Assembly (NCBI GenBank): GCA_049840595.1
Contig: JASGKO010000023.1
Location: 100,911 to 164,910, forward strand
From: Chthoniobacteraceae bacterium
GTDB taxonomy: Bacteria > Verrucomicrobiota > Verrucomicrobiia > Chthoniobacterales > Chthoniobacteraceae
Length of the DNA stretch: 64,000 nt
Direction: 5' to 3'
In this document: positions 1-8,883 of the stretch, piece after piece
Layout: each line of letters opens with the position of its first letter
How positions within the stretch are numbered: position 1 is the stretch's first letter
The notes under the pieces: model-generated
Told to the model about the DNA's origin: nothing
Database searches by the model: none
The model's input: only the letters and a program-made list of their open reading frames with translations
Translations under genes and position numbers: made by a program

Positions 1-480
1 AGTGGACTTACCGGGACCGTGGGCTCGAAAGTCTCCTTCGTCAGTTTCAGCGGACTGGTGGGTTCGGGCACCATCAGTCAGACCTTGGGCACGAACTTTG
101 CCTCCGGCACTACTTATACACTTACCTTAAATGTCGCGGTATCCACACTTACCGGCCTGGCTACAAATACATTTATCAATCTACAAGCCGCAGGAACGAC
201 CGTAAGCAGCTACAACAGTGTAAATCTGGTGAACCTCCTACAAACGGCAAACCAGTTTTATCAAATATCCCTCAGCTATACCGCCACTTCCTCCGATGCC
301 GGTAAAGCAATCGGCCTTAGCTTTGGCACCGGAGCGGTCGCAAGCCTTTCGGGGACTACTTATTTCGACAACGCTCAGCTGATGGCCGTTCCCGAGCCGG
401 GCGTTTCTTTTCACTTGGTGTGGTGTGCCGGTTGGATGGTGTTGCGGAGGAGGCGGTGGATGGCTGGCTGGACGGAGTGA
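1..480 (+). CDS. PEP-CTERM sorting-domain secreted protein, C-terminal part. The gene starts upstream of the window.
   Basis: Frame 1 is open from base 1. The C-terminus reads VPEPGVSFHLVWCAGWMVLRRRR: a PEP motif, then a TM stretch, then an Arg cluster. The Thr/Ser/Gly-rich beta-rich body is typical of PEP-CTERM cargo. Confidence 0.7.
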   Translation, partial: SGLTGTVGSKVSFVSFSGLVGSGTISQTLGTNFASGTTYTLTLNVAVSTLTGLATNTFINLQAAGTTVSSYNSVNLVNLLQTANQFYQISLSYTATSSDAGKAIGLSFGTGAVASLSGTTYFDNAQLMAVPEPGVSFHLVWCAGWMVLRRRRWMAGWTE

Positions 481-735
481 GCGAGAAGAAGGCGGCAGGA
501 CTCGCCGGGAGCTCTAAACGGTTTCCGGAACGGGTCGCCAGATTTGATCTGGCGCGGGATGCAGGATGGATGGCGTGGAGGAGGACGGTGATGGTGGAAA
601 TGGAAGTTGGTGGCGGAGGGTGGGAGGGCCCGGGCCGGAATCTGAAAATGGTTCCAGCCCGGGCCACCAAGTGCCAGACCTTAAGCAGGTGAAAACCTTT
701 TCGAGGCAACATCACCCAAAAAACGCGCGGGTGTT

Positions 736-876
736 TTTTAGAGCCTGTGAAAAACGGGCATGGTTGGCGTTGCTCACTCCTTGCAGATTACGGTGGCTGT
801 GTGCGCCACACTCGTCTGCCAACTCCCGTTTTTCCCTCCCGCCCACCCTTGCCTAATTTTTTCACAGGCTCTAAAA
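736..876. repeat. 19-bp perfect inverted repeat (ttttagagcctgtgaaaaa / tttttcacaggctctaaaa) flanking a ~103-bp spacer immediately upstream of lpxI
   Basis: Direct reverse-complement comparison of 736-754 with 858-876. Lies in the 5' leader of the lpxI operon. Confidence 0.6.
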
Positions 877-882
877 CGAGGC

Positions 883-1698
883 GTGGAAATACCCGCTAAC
901 TTTGGAATCATCGCCGGCAATGGCGCTTATCCCCTGCAAATGGCTCGCGCCGCGCGCGCAGCCGGGGTGAAAAAGATCGTTGCTGCGGCGTTTGAAAACG
1001 AAACCCGCCCGGAATTGGCCGGGCTGGTGGATGAAATCGAGTGGATGCGGGTGGGCCAGCTCGGGAAAATGATTAAATGCTTCGCAAAACGCGGGGTCAC
1101 CCAGGTGGTAATGGCGGGGCAGATCGCGCCGAAAAACCTCTTCGATCTGCGACCCGATGTGAAGGCCCTGCTCGTGCTCGGGCGGCTCAAGCAGCGCAAT
1201 GCAGAGACGATTTTCAGCGCGATCGGCGACGAACTCGGCAAGGCCGGGGTCACCCTGATGCCCGCAACCACCTTCATGGACGATCAACTGGCCGTCGAGG
1301 GACTGATTGCCGGGCCAAAGATCAGCGAACGCGAATTAGATGACATCGCTTTTGGTTTTGAGATCGCCAAGGAAACCAGCCGCCTGGATATCGGGCAGAC
1401 GGTGGTGGTGAAAAACGGGACGGTGCTCGCAGTGGAAGCTTTTGAAGGAACGAATGCCGCGATCAAGCGCGGCGGGGAACTCGGGCGCGGCGAGGCCATC
1501 GTGGCCAAGGTTTCGAAGCCGAATCACGATTTTCGCTTCGACGTGCCGGTGATCGGGCCGCAGACCCTGGAAACCGCCCGCGAGGCGGGCATTCGCATCA
1601 TCGCGGTGGAGGCGGGCCGCACGCTCTTTGTCGAGCGCGAGGCAGTCTTTGCCGCCGCCGCTCAGCATCGCATCTCCATTTACGGACAACGCTTATGA
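883..1698 (+). CDS. lpxI: UDP-2,3-diacylglucosamine hydrolase LpxI (DUF1009 family). The ORF track extends to 760; the likely true start is the GTG at 883, preceded by a GAGG SD.
   Basis: Motifs IIAGNG, WMRVGQLGK, VVMAGQI, RLDIGQTVVVKNGTVLAVEAFEGTNAAIKRGGELG and DFRFDVPVIGP match the LpxI family. Directly upstream of lpxB in one operon. Confidence 0.8.
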   Translation: MEIPANFGIIAGNGAYPLQMARAARAAGVKKIVAAAFENETRPELAGLVDEIEWMRVGQLGKMIKCFAKRGVTQVVMAGQIAPKNLFDLRPDVKALLVLGRLKQRNAETIFSAIGDELGKAGVTLMPATTFMDDQLAVEGLIAGPKISERELDDIAFGFEIAKETSRLDIGQTVVVKNGTVLAVEAFEGTNAAIKRGGELGRGEAIVAKVSKPNHDFRFDVPVIGPQTLETAREAGIRIIAVEAGRTLFVEREAVFAAAAQHRISIYGQRL

Positions 1699-2702
1699 AC
1701 TCACTCAGAATCGGCGTCATCGGCGTCGGCCACATTGGAAAAATCCACGCTCGCGTGCTTTCGGAGTTGGGCAACGCAAAATTTACCGCCGTCTATGATG
1801 CAAATACGGAGATGGCGCGCGAGGTGGCGGCGAAATACGGGGTGCGCGCCGCAAGTTCGTTGGAGGAATACGCCACCCTGGTGGATGCCACCAGCATTGC
1901 CACCCCGACCCCCACGCATTACGAAACTGCCAAGTTTTTGCTGAACGCGGGCAAGCATTGCCTGATCGAGAAACCAATTGCCGAAAACACCGCGCATGCG
2001 AGCGAGATCGCCGCCCTGGCGAAACAGCAGCAGCTCGTGCTGCAAGTGGGGCATATCGAGCGTTTCAACCCGGTGCTAAGCGCGCTGGAGGCGCATCTCA
2101 CCCGCCCGCGTTTTATCGAGGCGCATCGCCTCTCCCCCTACCCCAACCGCAGCACCGAGATCGGCGTGGTGCTCGACCTGATGATCCACGACATCGAGAT
2201 TATCCTGCACCTCGTACGCTCGCCGGTGAAAAGCATCGATGCGGTGGGCGTGCCGGTATTCAGCCGCGGCGAGGATATTGCCAATGCGCGCATCCGCTTT
2301 GAAAATGGTTGCGTGGCAAATATGACCGCCAGCCGCATCAGCCCCGAGAAGATGAGAAAAATCCGCGTCTTCCAGGAGAACGCCTACCTCTCGCTCGATT
2401 ACCAGGCGCAGGAGGGCTACATGTTCCGCCTGGCAGATTCGGATGCGGAGACCAGTTCGCTTTTCAAGAAACTGCTCAGTGCAAAGGACTCCGCGATCAT
2501 CAGCGAATTTGCCGGACGCAAGATCGTGCGCGAACCCGTGGATATCGAGAAGGGCGAGCCGATGAAACGCGAGCTGGAATCCTTCGCCGCGTGCTGCATC
2601 GCCGGGGCCGAGCCCAAAGTGACCGGACCACAGGCCACCGCCGCGCTGGCGCTCGCGATGGAGATCACGGAGATGATCGCTGCTTCCAACGCCCAATCAT
2701 GA
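1695..2702 (+). CDS. Gfo/Idh/MocA-family NAD(P)-dependent oxidoreductase embedded in the lipid A operon. Possibly a GnnA-like UDP-GlcNAc 3-dehydrogenase.
   Basis: N-terminal Rossmann motif IGVIGVGHIGKIHA, then EKP and VGHIERFNP motifs of the Gfo/Idh/MocA family. Start overlaps the lpxI stop (ATGA at 1695-1698); stop overlaps the lpxB start (ATGA at 2699-2702). Confidence 0.85.
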   Translation: MNSLRIGVIGVGHIGKIHARVLSELGNAKFTAVYDANTEMAREVAAKYGVRAASSLEEYATLVDATSIATPTPTHYETAKFLLNAGKHCLIEKPIAENTAHASEIAALAKQQQLVLQVGHIERFNPVLSALEAHLTRPRFIEAHRLSPYPNRSTEIGVVLDLMIHDIEIILHLVRSPVKSIDAVGVPVFSRGEDIANARIRFENGCVANMTASRISPEKMRKIRVFQENAYLSLDYQAQEGYMFRLADSDAETSSLFKKLLSAKDSAIISEFAGRKIVREPVDIEKGEPMKRELESFAACCIAGAEPKVTGPQATAALALAMEITEMIAASNAQS

Positions 2703-3823
2703 AGCTTTTTCTCGTCGCCGGCGAAGCCAGCGGAGACGCCCGCGCCGCCGAGCTAATGCGTAGCCTGCAGGAACTGCACGGCGACGGGCTGGAATTTCAC
2801 GGCCTCGGCGGCCCCCAGATGCACGCACTCTCGCAGGGCAACATCCGTGATTGGACCGATCGTGCGGGCGTGATCGGATTCATCGACGTAATCAAGAACT
2901 ACGGCTACTTCCAACGCGAATTCAACGCCGCACTGGCGGCGATCGAGCGGCTGAAACCGGAGGCGGTGATCTTCATCGATTACCCGGGCTTCAATCTCCG
3001 GATGGCCGCGGCGATCAAAGCACGCGCCCGGTCGCCGAAGGTGATCTATTACATCAGCCCACAAGTCTGGGCCTGGCATCGCAGCCGCATCCCAAAGATG
3101 GCGAAGACAATCGATCTGATGCTGTGCCTTTTCCCCTTTGAAAAGCCGCTCTACGAGCAATCGGGACTGCGCACCGAGTTCGTCGGCCATCCCATGCTCG
3201 ATTCGCTGCAGGCGAAGCGGATCGCCGGGCCGCGCGAGGAAAATCTCGTGGCGCTCCTGCCGGGGAGTCGCAAGCGCGAGGTGAAGAAGATTTTCCCCAC
3301 CATGCTCGCTACGGCCGCCCTGCTCCACCAACGTAAACCCGGCCTGCACTTTGCCGCTGCCGCGTCCTCGGAAAAAATGCGGGAGTTGATGCAGGAGGAA
3401 CTCGCCCAATATCCCGGTGTGCCGTGCGAAATCTCGCTGCGCAATGCCTACGATCTGATGCAGCGCGCCGCCGTGGGCATGGTCGCCAGCGGCACCGCCA
3501 CGCTGGAGGCCTGCTATTTCCGCCTGCCCTTTGCACTCGTCTATCGTGTGGCATGGCTCACCTATGAGATTGGACGCCGGGTCATCCGCGTGCCTTTCAT
3601 CGGCATGGCGAATATTCTCGCCGGACGTGAAGTCATCCGCGAATTCATCCAGAGCAATGCGCAACCGGAAGCGCTGGCCAATTACTTGCAGGGCTTGCTG
3701 GAAAAGCCCGAGACCCGCACCGCCCTGATCGCCGGAACCGACTCCGCGATTGCCACGCTCGGTGAAGGCGGTGCCGCCAAACGCGCGGCCGAAGCGGTGC
3801 TGAAAGAACTCAATCTTAATTAA
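2699..3823 (+). CDS. lpxB: Lipid-A-disaccharide synthase LpxB. The ORF track's long N-terminal extension from 2309 is rejected.
   Basis: N-terminus MKLFLVAGEASGD, then YISPQVWAW and SGTATLE motifs typical of LpxB (GT19). Confidence 0.9.
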   Translation: MKLFLVAGEASGDARAAELMRSLQELHGDGLEFHGLGGPQMHALSQGNIRDWTDRAGVIGFIDVIKNYGYFQREFNAALAAIERLKPEAVIFIDYPGFNLRMAAAIKARARSPKVIYYISPQVWAWHRSRIPKMAKTIDLMLCLFPFEKPLYEQSGLRTEFVGHPMLDSLQAKRIAGPREENLVALLPGSRKREVKKIFPTMLATAALLHQRKPGLHFAAAASSEKMRELMQEELAQYPGVPCEISLRNAYDLMQRAAVGMVASGTATLEACYFRLPFALVYRVAWLTYEIGRRVIRVPFIGMANILAGREVIREFIQSNAQPEALANYLQGLLEKPETRTALIAGTDSAIATLGEGGAAKRAAEAVLKELNLN

Positions 3824-3940
3824 CCACCAAGGCACCAGGACACCAAGGAAGAGAAAAACGAGGATGGTTGCGTAGAAAACACGTCGCAACCCCCGCCATT
3901 CCTCTCATCTCCCACAGCAAAACCTTGGTGCCTTGGGGTC

Positions 3941-4465
3941 TTGGTGATTAATATTCCGCCGATGAGCTTTCCTGAACAAGAACTGAACTCGCTCTGGTCG
4001 CCCTGGCGCTTCCAATATTACACGGCTCCGAAAGTCCCCGATTTCATGCTGGCGGCAGGCCAGTCCTCGGACGATGCGGCGCACCTGGTGGTAGCCCGGC
4101 GGAAGTACTGTTTCCTCATGATGAATCGCTACCCCTACAGCGTGGGACATCTCATGGCCGTGCCCTATCGCAAGGTGGCCGAGGTCGTGGACCTGAGCAG
4201 CGACGAATGGCTGGAACTGCAGGAACTCACCGTGCTGGGGCAGAAGCTGCTCCGGGAAGTCGTGAAAGCGCATGGTTTCAACATCGGCCTGAACTGCGGC
4301 ACCTGCGCCGGGGCGGGGTATGCCGATCATCTGCACCTGCACCTCGTCCCGCGCTGGGAGGGCGATCACAACTTCATGCCAGTGCTGGCGGGCACGCACA
4401 TCCAAGCGCAGCCGCTGGACCAACTTTATGCCCGACTGCGGGCGGTGCTGGAGGAATGGAAATAG
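3941..4465 (+). CDS. HIT-family (histidine triad) nucleotide hydrolase/transferase
   Basis: Histidine triad HLHLHLVPR near the C-terminus; overall GalT/Ap4A-phosphorylase-like HIT fold signature. Confidence 0.75.
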   Translation: MVINIPPMSFPEQELNSLWSPWRFQYYTAPKVPDFMLAAGQSSDDAAHLVVARRKYCFLMMNRYPYSVGHLMAVPYRKVAEVVDLSSDEWLELQELTVLGQKLLREVVKAHGFNIGLNCGTCAGAGYADHLHLHLVPRWEGDHNFMPVLAGTHIQAQPLDQLYARLRAVLEEWK

Positions 4466-4490
4466 CGGCAGGAGGCCCGGCGACAGCTCA

Positions 4491-5195
4491 ATGGACAGCC
4501 TCGATTTCGTCGATCTCCTCAAGTGGTACCTGGTCTTTCTTTTCTCCACCTCGGCCCACGAGGCGGCCCATGCCTGGGCAGCCTTGAAGCTGGGCGATGA
4601 TACCGCGCACCGGGGCGGGCAGGTGACACTCGATCCCACCCCGCACATCAAGCGCGCGCCGATGGGAATGGTCGTGGTGCCGATTGTCTCGTTTCTCGCG
4701 GGCGGTTGGATGATCGGCTGGGCGAGTGCGCCTTACAACGTGGCCTGGGCGTTGACCTACCCGCGTCGGGCGGCCCTGATGGCGCTTACCGGGCCGCTGG
4801 CAAACTTCACCCTCGTGATCCTCGCCGCGATCGCAATCAAGGTCGGAATCGCGGCCCATTATTTCCAGGCTCCTTTCCATCTTGGCTTTACCCATCTGGT
4901 GGATGCGACCGGGGACGGACTCGGTGAATTTTCCGCCAAGGTGTTGAGCATCACGTTCTCCCTGAATCTGCTCCTGGGCACCTTTAACCTGTTGCCCCTG
5001 CCTCCGCTGGACGGTTCCAGCCTGCCGCTGCTTTTCACCCAGGGCGAAACTACCCGCAAGTTGTATGCGTTCATTCACCAGGGTGGCTTGCAGATGATCG
5101 GCCTCTTTATCGCGTGGAAGGTTTTCGGAACGATTTTTCACCCGATATTGCTTTGGGCGGTGAACCTGCTATATCCGAGCGGCGGTTCTATCTGA
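4491..5195 (+). CDS. Site-2 protease family (peptidase M50) membrane metalloprotease
   Basis: HEAAH zinc motif and the downstream LLPLPPLDG motif within multiple TM segments. Start moved to ATG 4491; the ORF track begins upstream at 4320. Confidence 0.8.
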   Translation: MDSLDFVDLLKWYLVFLFSTSAHEAAHAWAALKLGDDTAHRGGQVTLDPTPHIKRAPMGMVVVPIVSFLAGGWMIGWASAPYNVAWALTYPRRAALMALTGPLANFTLVILAAIAIKVGIAAHYFQAPFHLGFTHLVDATGDGLGEFSAKVLSITFSLNLLLGTFNLLPLPPLDGSSLPLLFTQGETTRKLYAFIHQGGLQMIGLFIAWKVFGTIFHPILLWAVNLLYPSGGSI

Positions 5196-5216
5196 GCGTA
5201 AGAAAACAAAGGTATT

Positions 5217-6113
5217 ATGAAACACATTCGGTTCGGTTCGGTTTTGGCTGCAGCACTGGCACTCCTTATTCTGCCCGCTTTTGCGGATGACTCCGCCGTC
5301 ACCACCAAGGACGAAGCACAGGCGATCGTCTCCTCCCTGCGCCCGCAAAAGGGGAACATCGTGATCGGCAATGGGGTGGCCAAGCTGAACGTGCCGGAGC
5401 AGTTCGTCTATCTCGACAGTGCGGATGCGGACAGCATCCTCGTTCGGCTCTGGCACAATCCCCCGGGCACCAAGGTGCTGGGCATGCTCATGCCAGCCAA
5501 CAGCTCCCCCCTTTCCCCGGATAACTGGGCCGTCACGATCGAATACGAGGAGGACGGCTATGTGAAGGATGACGACGCGGGAAAGATTAATTACAACGAC
5601 CTGCTCAAACAAATGAACCAGGGCGCACAGGAGGCCAACGCCGAGCGTGAGAAGCAGGGCTATCCAGCAGTGCAAAACATCAGCTGGGCGGAAACCCCGA
5701 GCTACGACCAGGCAACGCACAAGCTCTACTGGGCCAAGGACATCAGCTTTGCCGGCGAGGAGGAGCATACGCTCAACTACAACATCCGCGTGCTCGGTCG
5801 CCGCGGCGTGCTGGTGCTAAACGCCATCGCCGGAGTCTCCCAACTCCCGGAAATCAAAAAATCGACCCCGCAGATTCTCTCGATGGTCGATTTCAACGAG
5901 GGCAGCCGTTACACCGATTTCAATTCCTCGACCGACAAGGTGGCTACCTATGGCATCGCCGCACTGGTGGCGGGTGGGGTAGCCGCCAAACTGGGCCTGT
6001 TCAAAGTGATCATCGCCGGGCTCATCGCGGCCAAGAAATTCGTCGTCATGGCCGTCGTCGCCGTCGTCGCTGCCTTCAAAAAGTTCTTCAAAAAGAAGGA
6101 ACCGATGGCCTAA
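5217..6113 (+). CDS. Secreted/membrane-anchored protein, DUF2167-like. N-terminal signal peptide, C-terminal double TM and a Lys-rich tail.
   Basis: Signal peptide MKHIRFGSVLAAALALLILPAFA; C-terminal hydrophobic helices then KKFFKKKEP. Confidence 0.5.
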   Translation: MKHIRFGSVLAAALALLILPAFADDSAVTTKDEAQAIVSSLRPQKGNIVIGNGVAKLNVPEQFVYLDSADADSILVRLWHNPPGTKVLGMLMPANSSPLSPDNWAVTIEYEEDGYVKDDDAGKINYNDLLKQMNQGAQEANAEREKQGYPAVQNISWAETPSYDQATHKLYWAKDISFAGEEEHTLNYNIRVLGRRGVLVLNAIAGVSQLPEIKKSTPQILSMVDFNEGSRYTDFNSSTDKVATYGIAALVAGGVAAKLGLFKVIIAGLIAAKKFVVMAVVAVVAAFKKFFKKKEPMA

Positions 6114-6149
6114 AGACTGTCGTCACGAGATTGATAGGGATGTTAAAGC

Positions 6150-6945
6150 TTGAGAAGTAGATGTCCTCTACTCTGGAAAAAACGATCCACCGCCCCATGA
6201 TCTACGTGATGAAGCTAGGCAGCTCCCAGAGACGCATCTTCCTAGTCGCAAAGGGGTCTGGGGCGGTTTAGCCAAAGACAACCGGCAGTTTATCAACGCG
6301 GTGCGGTGGATCTTACACACCGGGGCTCCCTAGTGGGATTTGCCGCCAGATTGTGGAGATTGGAAAAATACTCATCAGCACTTTTGCCGCTAGCGAGACA
6401 AAGATGAGTGGCTGGGCATTGACGCCAGTCATATCAAACTCCCCCTCATGCAACTAGGGCCGTCGGCGACAATCAAGCCATGGGGAAGGCTCAAGAGGGC
6501 TCAACCCCAAGATTCATCTGGCCGTGAATGTGCATGGTTTGCCGCTCCGAGTGCTTGTTACAGAAGCTGCCAGCGCGAATTGTGTCCAAGCGCTTCCTTT
6601 GATCGCAGGGATGGATGCCGATTGTCGGGTGGCTGATTGTGGGTATGATACCAATGCCATTCTCGCCCAAGCGCAAGCTCAAGGAATGGAGCCGGTTATC
6701 CCGCCCAGAAAACACCGCCTCTTTCTGCGGCCTTACGATCAGCACCCCTACCGACTGCGACATTTGGTCGAAAACGCCATTCTCCGACGCAAGGGCTGGC
6801 GCAGCATCGTCACCAGATACGCCAAGCGTAACTCCCCATCGTGCAAATCCGCTGCATGTCTCTTTAGCTTTCCATCTCGTAAAAAGAGAAAAAAAACTGA
6901 TAGGCAGGCTCACCTCTTGGAGAGGGAGTTTCAATTTGTCTAAAG
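6150..6945 (+). mobile_element. Decayed IS5-family (IS427/ISL2-like, DUF4096 + DDE) insertion sequence. The transposase is a pseudogene: no start codon, two in-frame TAG codons at conserved Trp positions, a frame change between the N- and C-terminal halves.
   Basis: Translation gives DNRQFINAVRWILHTGAP*WDLPPDCGDWKNTHQHFCR*RDKDEW, then in another frame GSRGLNPKIHLAVNVHGLPLRVLVTE...VADCGYDTNAI...RNLVENAI. These are hallmark IS5 transposase motifs. Confidence 0.75.
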
Positions 6946-7014
6946 ATGAGAGAGACAATCCTTCTGTGAAATTTTTGAGGGGAAAAGGGCGGGCTCTGGG
7001 GAAGCGGTGGAAAA

Positions 7015-7686
7015 TCAAGCTGATTGATGGCGTCGGACAAAATGCTCGGCGCGGCGGCGGAGATCGGCTGCTCCGGTGAGACCGAGCTTTTCCTTGATGC
7101 GTTTGTGGTAGGTTTCGACCGTTTTGATGCTGGTACCGAGTTTCATCGCTACAGTTGCCGTGGTCGCGCCAGCGCCGGTGAGCAGGAAGACCTCCGTCTC
7201 GCGCATGGAGAGGCTCGAGACAGGATGTGAGCGAAGTTGAAGCCCACCATCGGCCATTTTTTTTACCAGGACACCGGCGACCCGGCGGCTGGCAAACAGT
7301 TCTCCCTCGCCCACTCTTTTCAAAGCGTGCAGGACTTCGTCGGGCTCTTCCTGCTTGGAGACGTAGCCCCGGGCTCCCGCATTGAAGACGCGCTGGAGAG
7401 ACGCCGCATCCTCGAAGGCGGAGATGACCATGGAACGGCTGCGGGGGCTCAAAGCGGTGAAATCGCGCAGGATGCCAGGAACGGATGCAAATTGCTGATC
7501 GGCGTTCATGATAATGATCGCGGGTGACAGCTCTTGGCAGAGTCTTCTGGCGGTGCTGAACTCGCCCGTTTCCGCGCAAATTTCATAATGCCCATTTGCC
7601 CGGATGAGCATGGCAATGCCAAGCCTCATCAAAGGGTAATCACCGACCAGCAGCACGCGCTCTTTCACCGGGGTTTCCGAGTCCAT
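7015..7686 (-). CDS. Orphan LuxR/NarL-type response regulator (REC + HTH_LuxR) with Asn at the predicted phospho-acceptor position
   Basis: Receiver-domain layout (LLVGDYP...IIIMNADQQ...GYVSK) followed by a C-terminal LuxR HTH (LSMRETEVFLLTGAGATTATVAMKLGTSIKTVETYHKRIKEKL). No kinase gene adjacent. Confidence 0.8.
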   Translation of the reverse strand: MDSETPVKERVLLVGDYPLMRLGIAMLIRANGHYEICAETGEFSTARRLCQELSPAIIIMNADQQFASVPGILRDFTALSPRSRSMVISAFEDAASLQRVFNAGARGYVSKQEEPDEVLHALKRVGEGELFASRRVAGVLVKKMADGGLQLRSHPVSSLSMRETEVFLLTGAGATTATVAMKLGTSIKTVETYHKRIKEKLGLTGAADLRRRAEHFVRRHQSA

Positions 7687-8110
7687 AGATCATCTTGATT
7701 CTTTGGGAGTATAGGATGGAAGCGCCAAAATTTTCAAGTTGGAAAGTGGTCGCAAAAAGAAAGGAAGAGCCGGAGAAGGAGGGCATTTTTCCTGACAGCG
7801 GGTAGCTTGATTTATTGAAGAATTGAACGGAGCTGTCGGGTATTTTCACTGATTTTAGGGCTCGCTTTCCCGACAGGTGATGTCCTGAAAACCGATACTG
7901 GAAGCTGACGAGGAATTCGGGTCGCGGCCTGACAGACAGCCGTGAAATAACCTGCTGAGATGGCTGGATGCGAGGGCGAGAGCAGGAAAAAAATAAAAGT
8001 CTATTTTGGAAAACCTAAATCACGGCGCGAAGAATCGCTCTCCTCTCCAGAACCGCAACTTCCATTCACCAGTTCGCACCGTCATTCAACGCCAGGAAGA
8101 AAAACTCCCA

Positions 8111-8854
8111 TTATGAAAAACACGATTCTTTACTCTTCTCATTGCAGAGCCATTCGATCTGCAATTTTGTGCGGTTTGGCAATCTCAGCCGGCTTGGCCG
8201 GGGTGAGCTTCGGTTCGTGCAGATGGGATTAATGGCTCTTACACGATCGGGAGTGGAAATACGGCCAGTGGCACTGATTCGGTGGCGATCGGGCAAGGGG
8301 TTCAGGTTACTGGCAACTATTCATTGGGAGTGGGGCAGGATGTGATCGCAGGTGGTGATTTTTCGTTGGCGGCGGGAGGGTCCGAGGCTGACGGGGAGTT
8401 GTCGACGGCTTTGGGAGGCTCTTATGCGAGCAATTACGGCGCGACAGCTTTCGGAACCTCGGAAGCTGACGGACTATGTTCTGTAGCCGGCGGTGCTGCC
8501 GTCGCATCCGGCAATAATAGCGTGGCCTTTGGGAATACTTCAAATGCATCAGGTCCGTTAACATTCGCAATTGGAACTGCTGTCAATGCTACTGGGTATT
8601 ATTCCATGGCACTGGGATATCTTACAACGTCGCAGGTCTACCGTTCCACAGTGGTGGGTAGCTATAACAAATTGAGAGGGGGGAGTGCCAATACGTGGGT
8701 GGCGACGGATGATTTGTTTGTGATTGGCAATGGTTCGGGCTACGGCACAAATGCATATAGCAATGCCGTTGTCGTACGGAAAGATGGCGCAGTGCTGATT
8801 CACCCGACGGGAGACATCAGTATGGGTATTTTCGCCAATGGCGATCAACCTTAA
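8111..8854 (+). CDS. Secreted Hep_Hag/YadA-head-like repeat protein (adhesin-like), interrupted by a frameshift near 8205-8230
   Basis: Signal peptide MKNTILYSSHCRAIRSAILCGLAISAGLA in frame 1. Frame 2, open from 8207, has repeats of the SxAxGxxSxAxG type (NSVAFGNTSNASG, YSMALGY...). The frame-1 stop at 8230 overlaps the frame-2 open region. Confidence 0.55.
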
Positions 8855-8883
8855 GGCGGGCAAATCTTGAAACAACTCATTTT

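Noticed and set aside
2309-2698. N-terminal extension of the lpxB ORF (504-aa version)
   Set aside because: Overlaps the Gfo/Idh/MocA gene in another frame. The LpxB N-terminus MKLFLVAGE begins at an ATGA overlap at 2699.
2753-3889. 378-aa ORF on the minus strand
   Set aside because: Entirely antisense to lpxB, which has strong family motifs. Long spurious antisense ORFs are expected at this GC content. The same reasoning applies to 2076-2696(-), 24305-25039(-), 25225-26355(-), 40057-42537(-), 43102-44865(-), 47159-48217(-), 51883-53508(-), 19321-19938(-) and 29120-30343(-).
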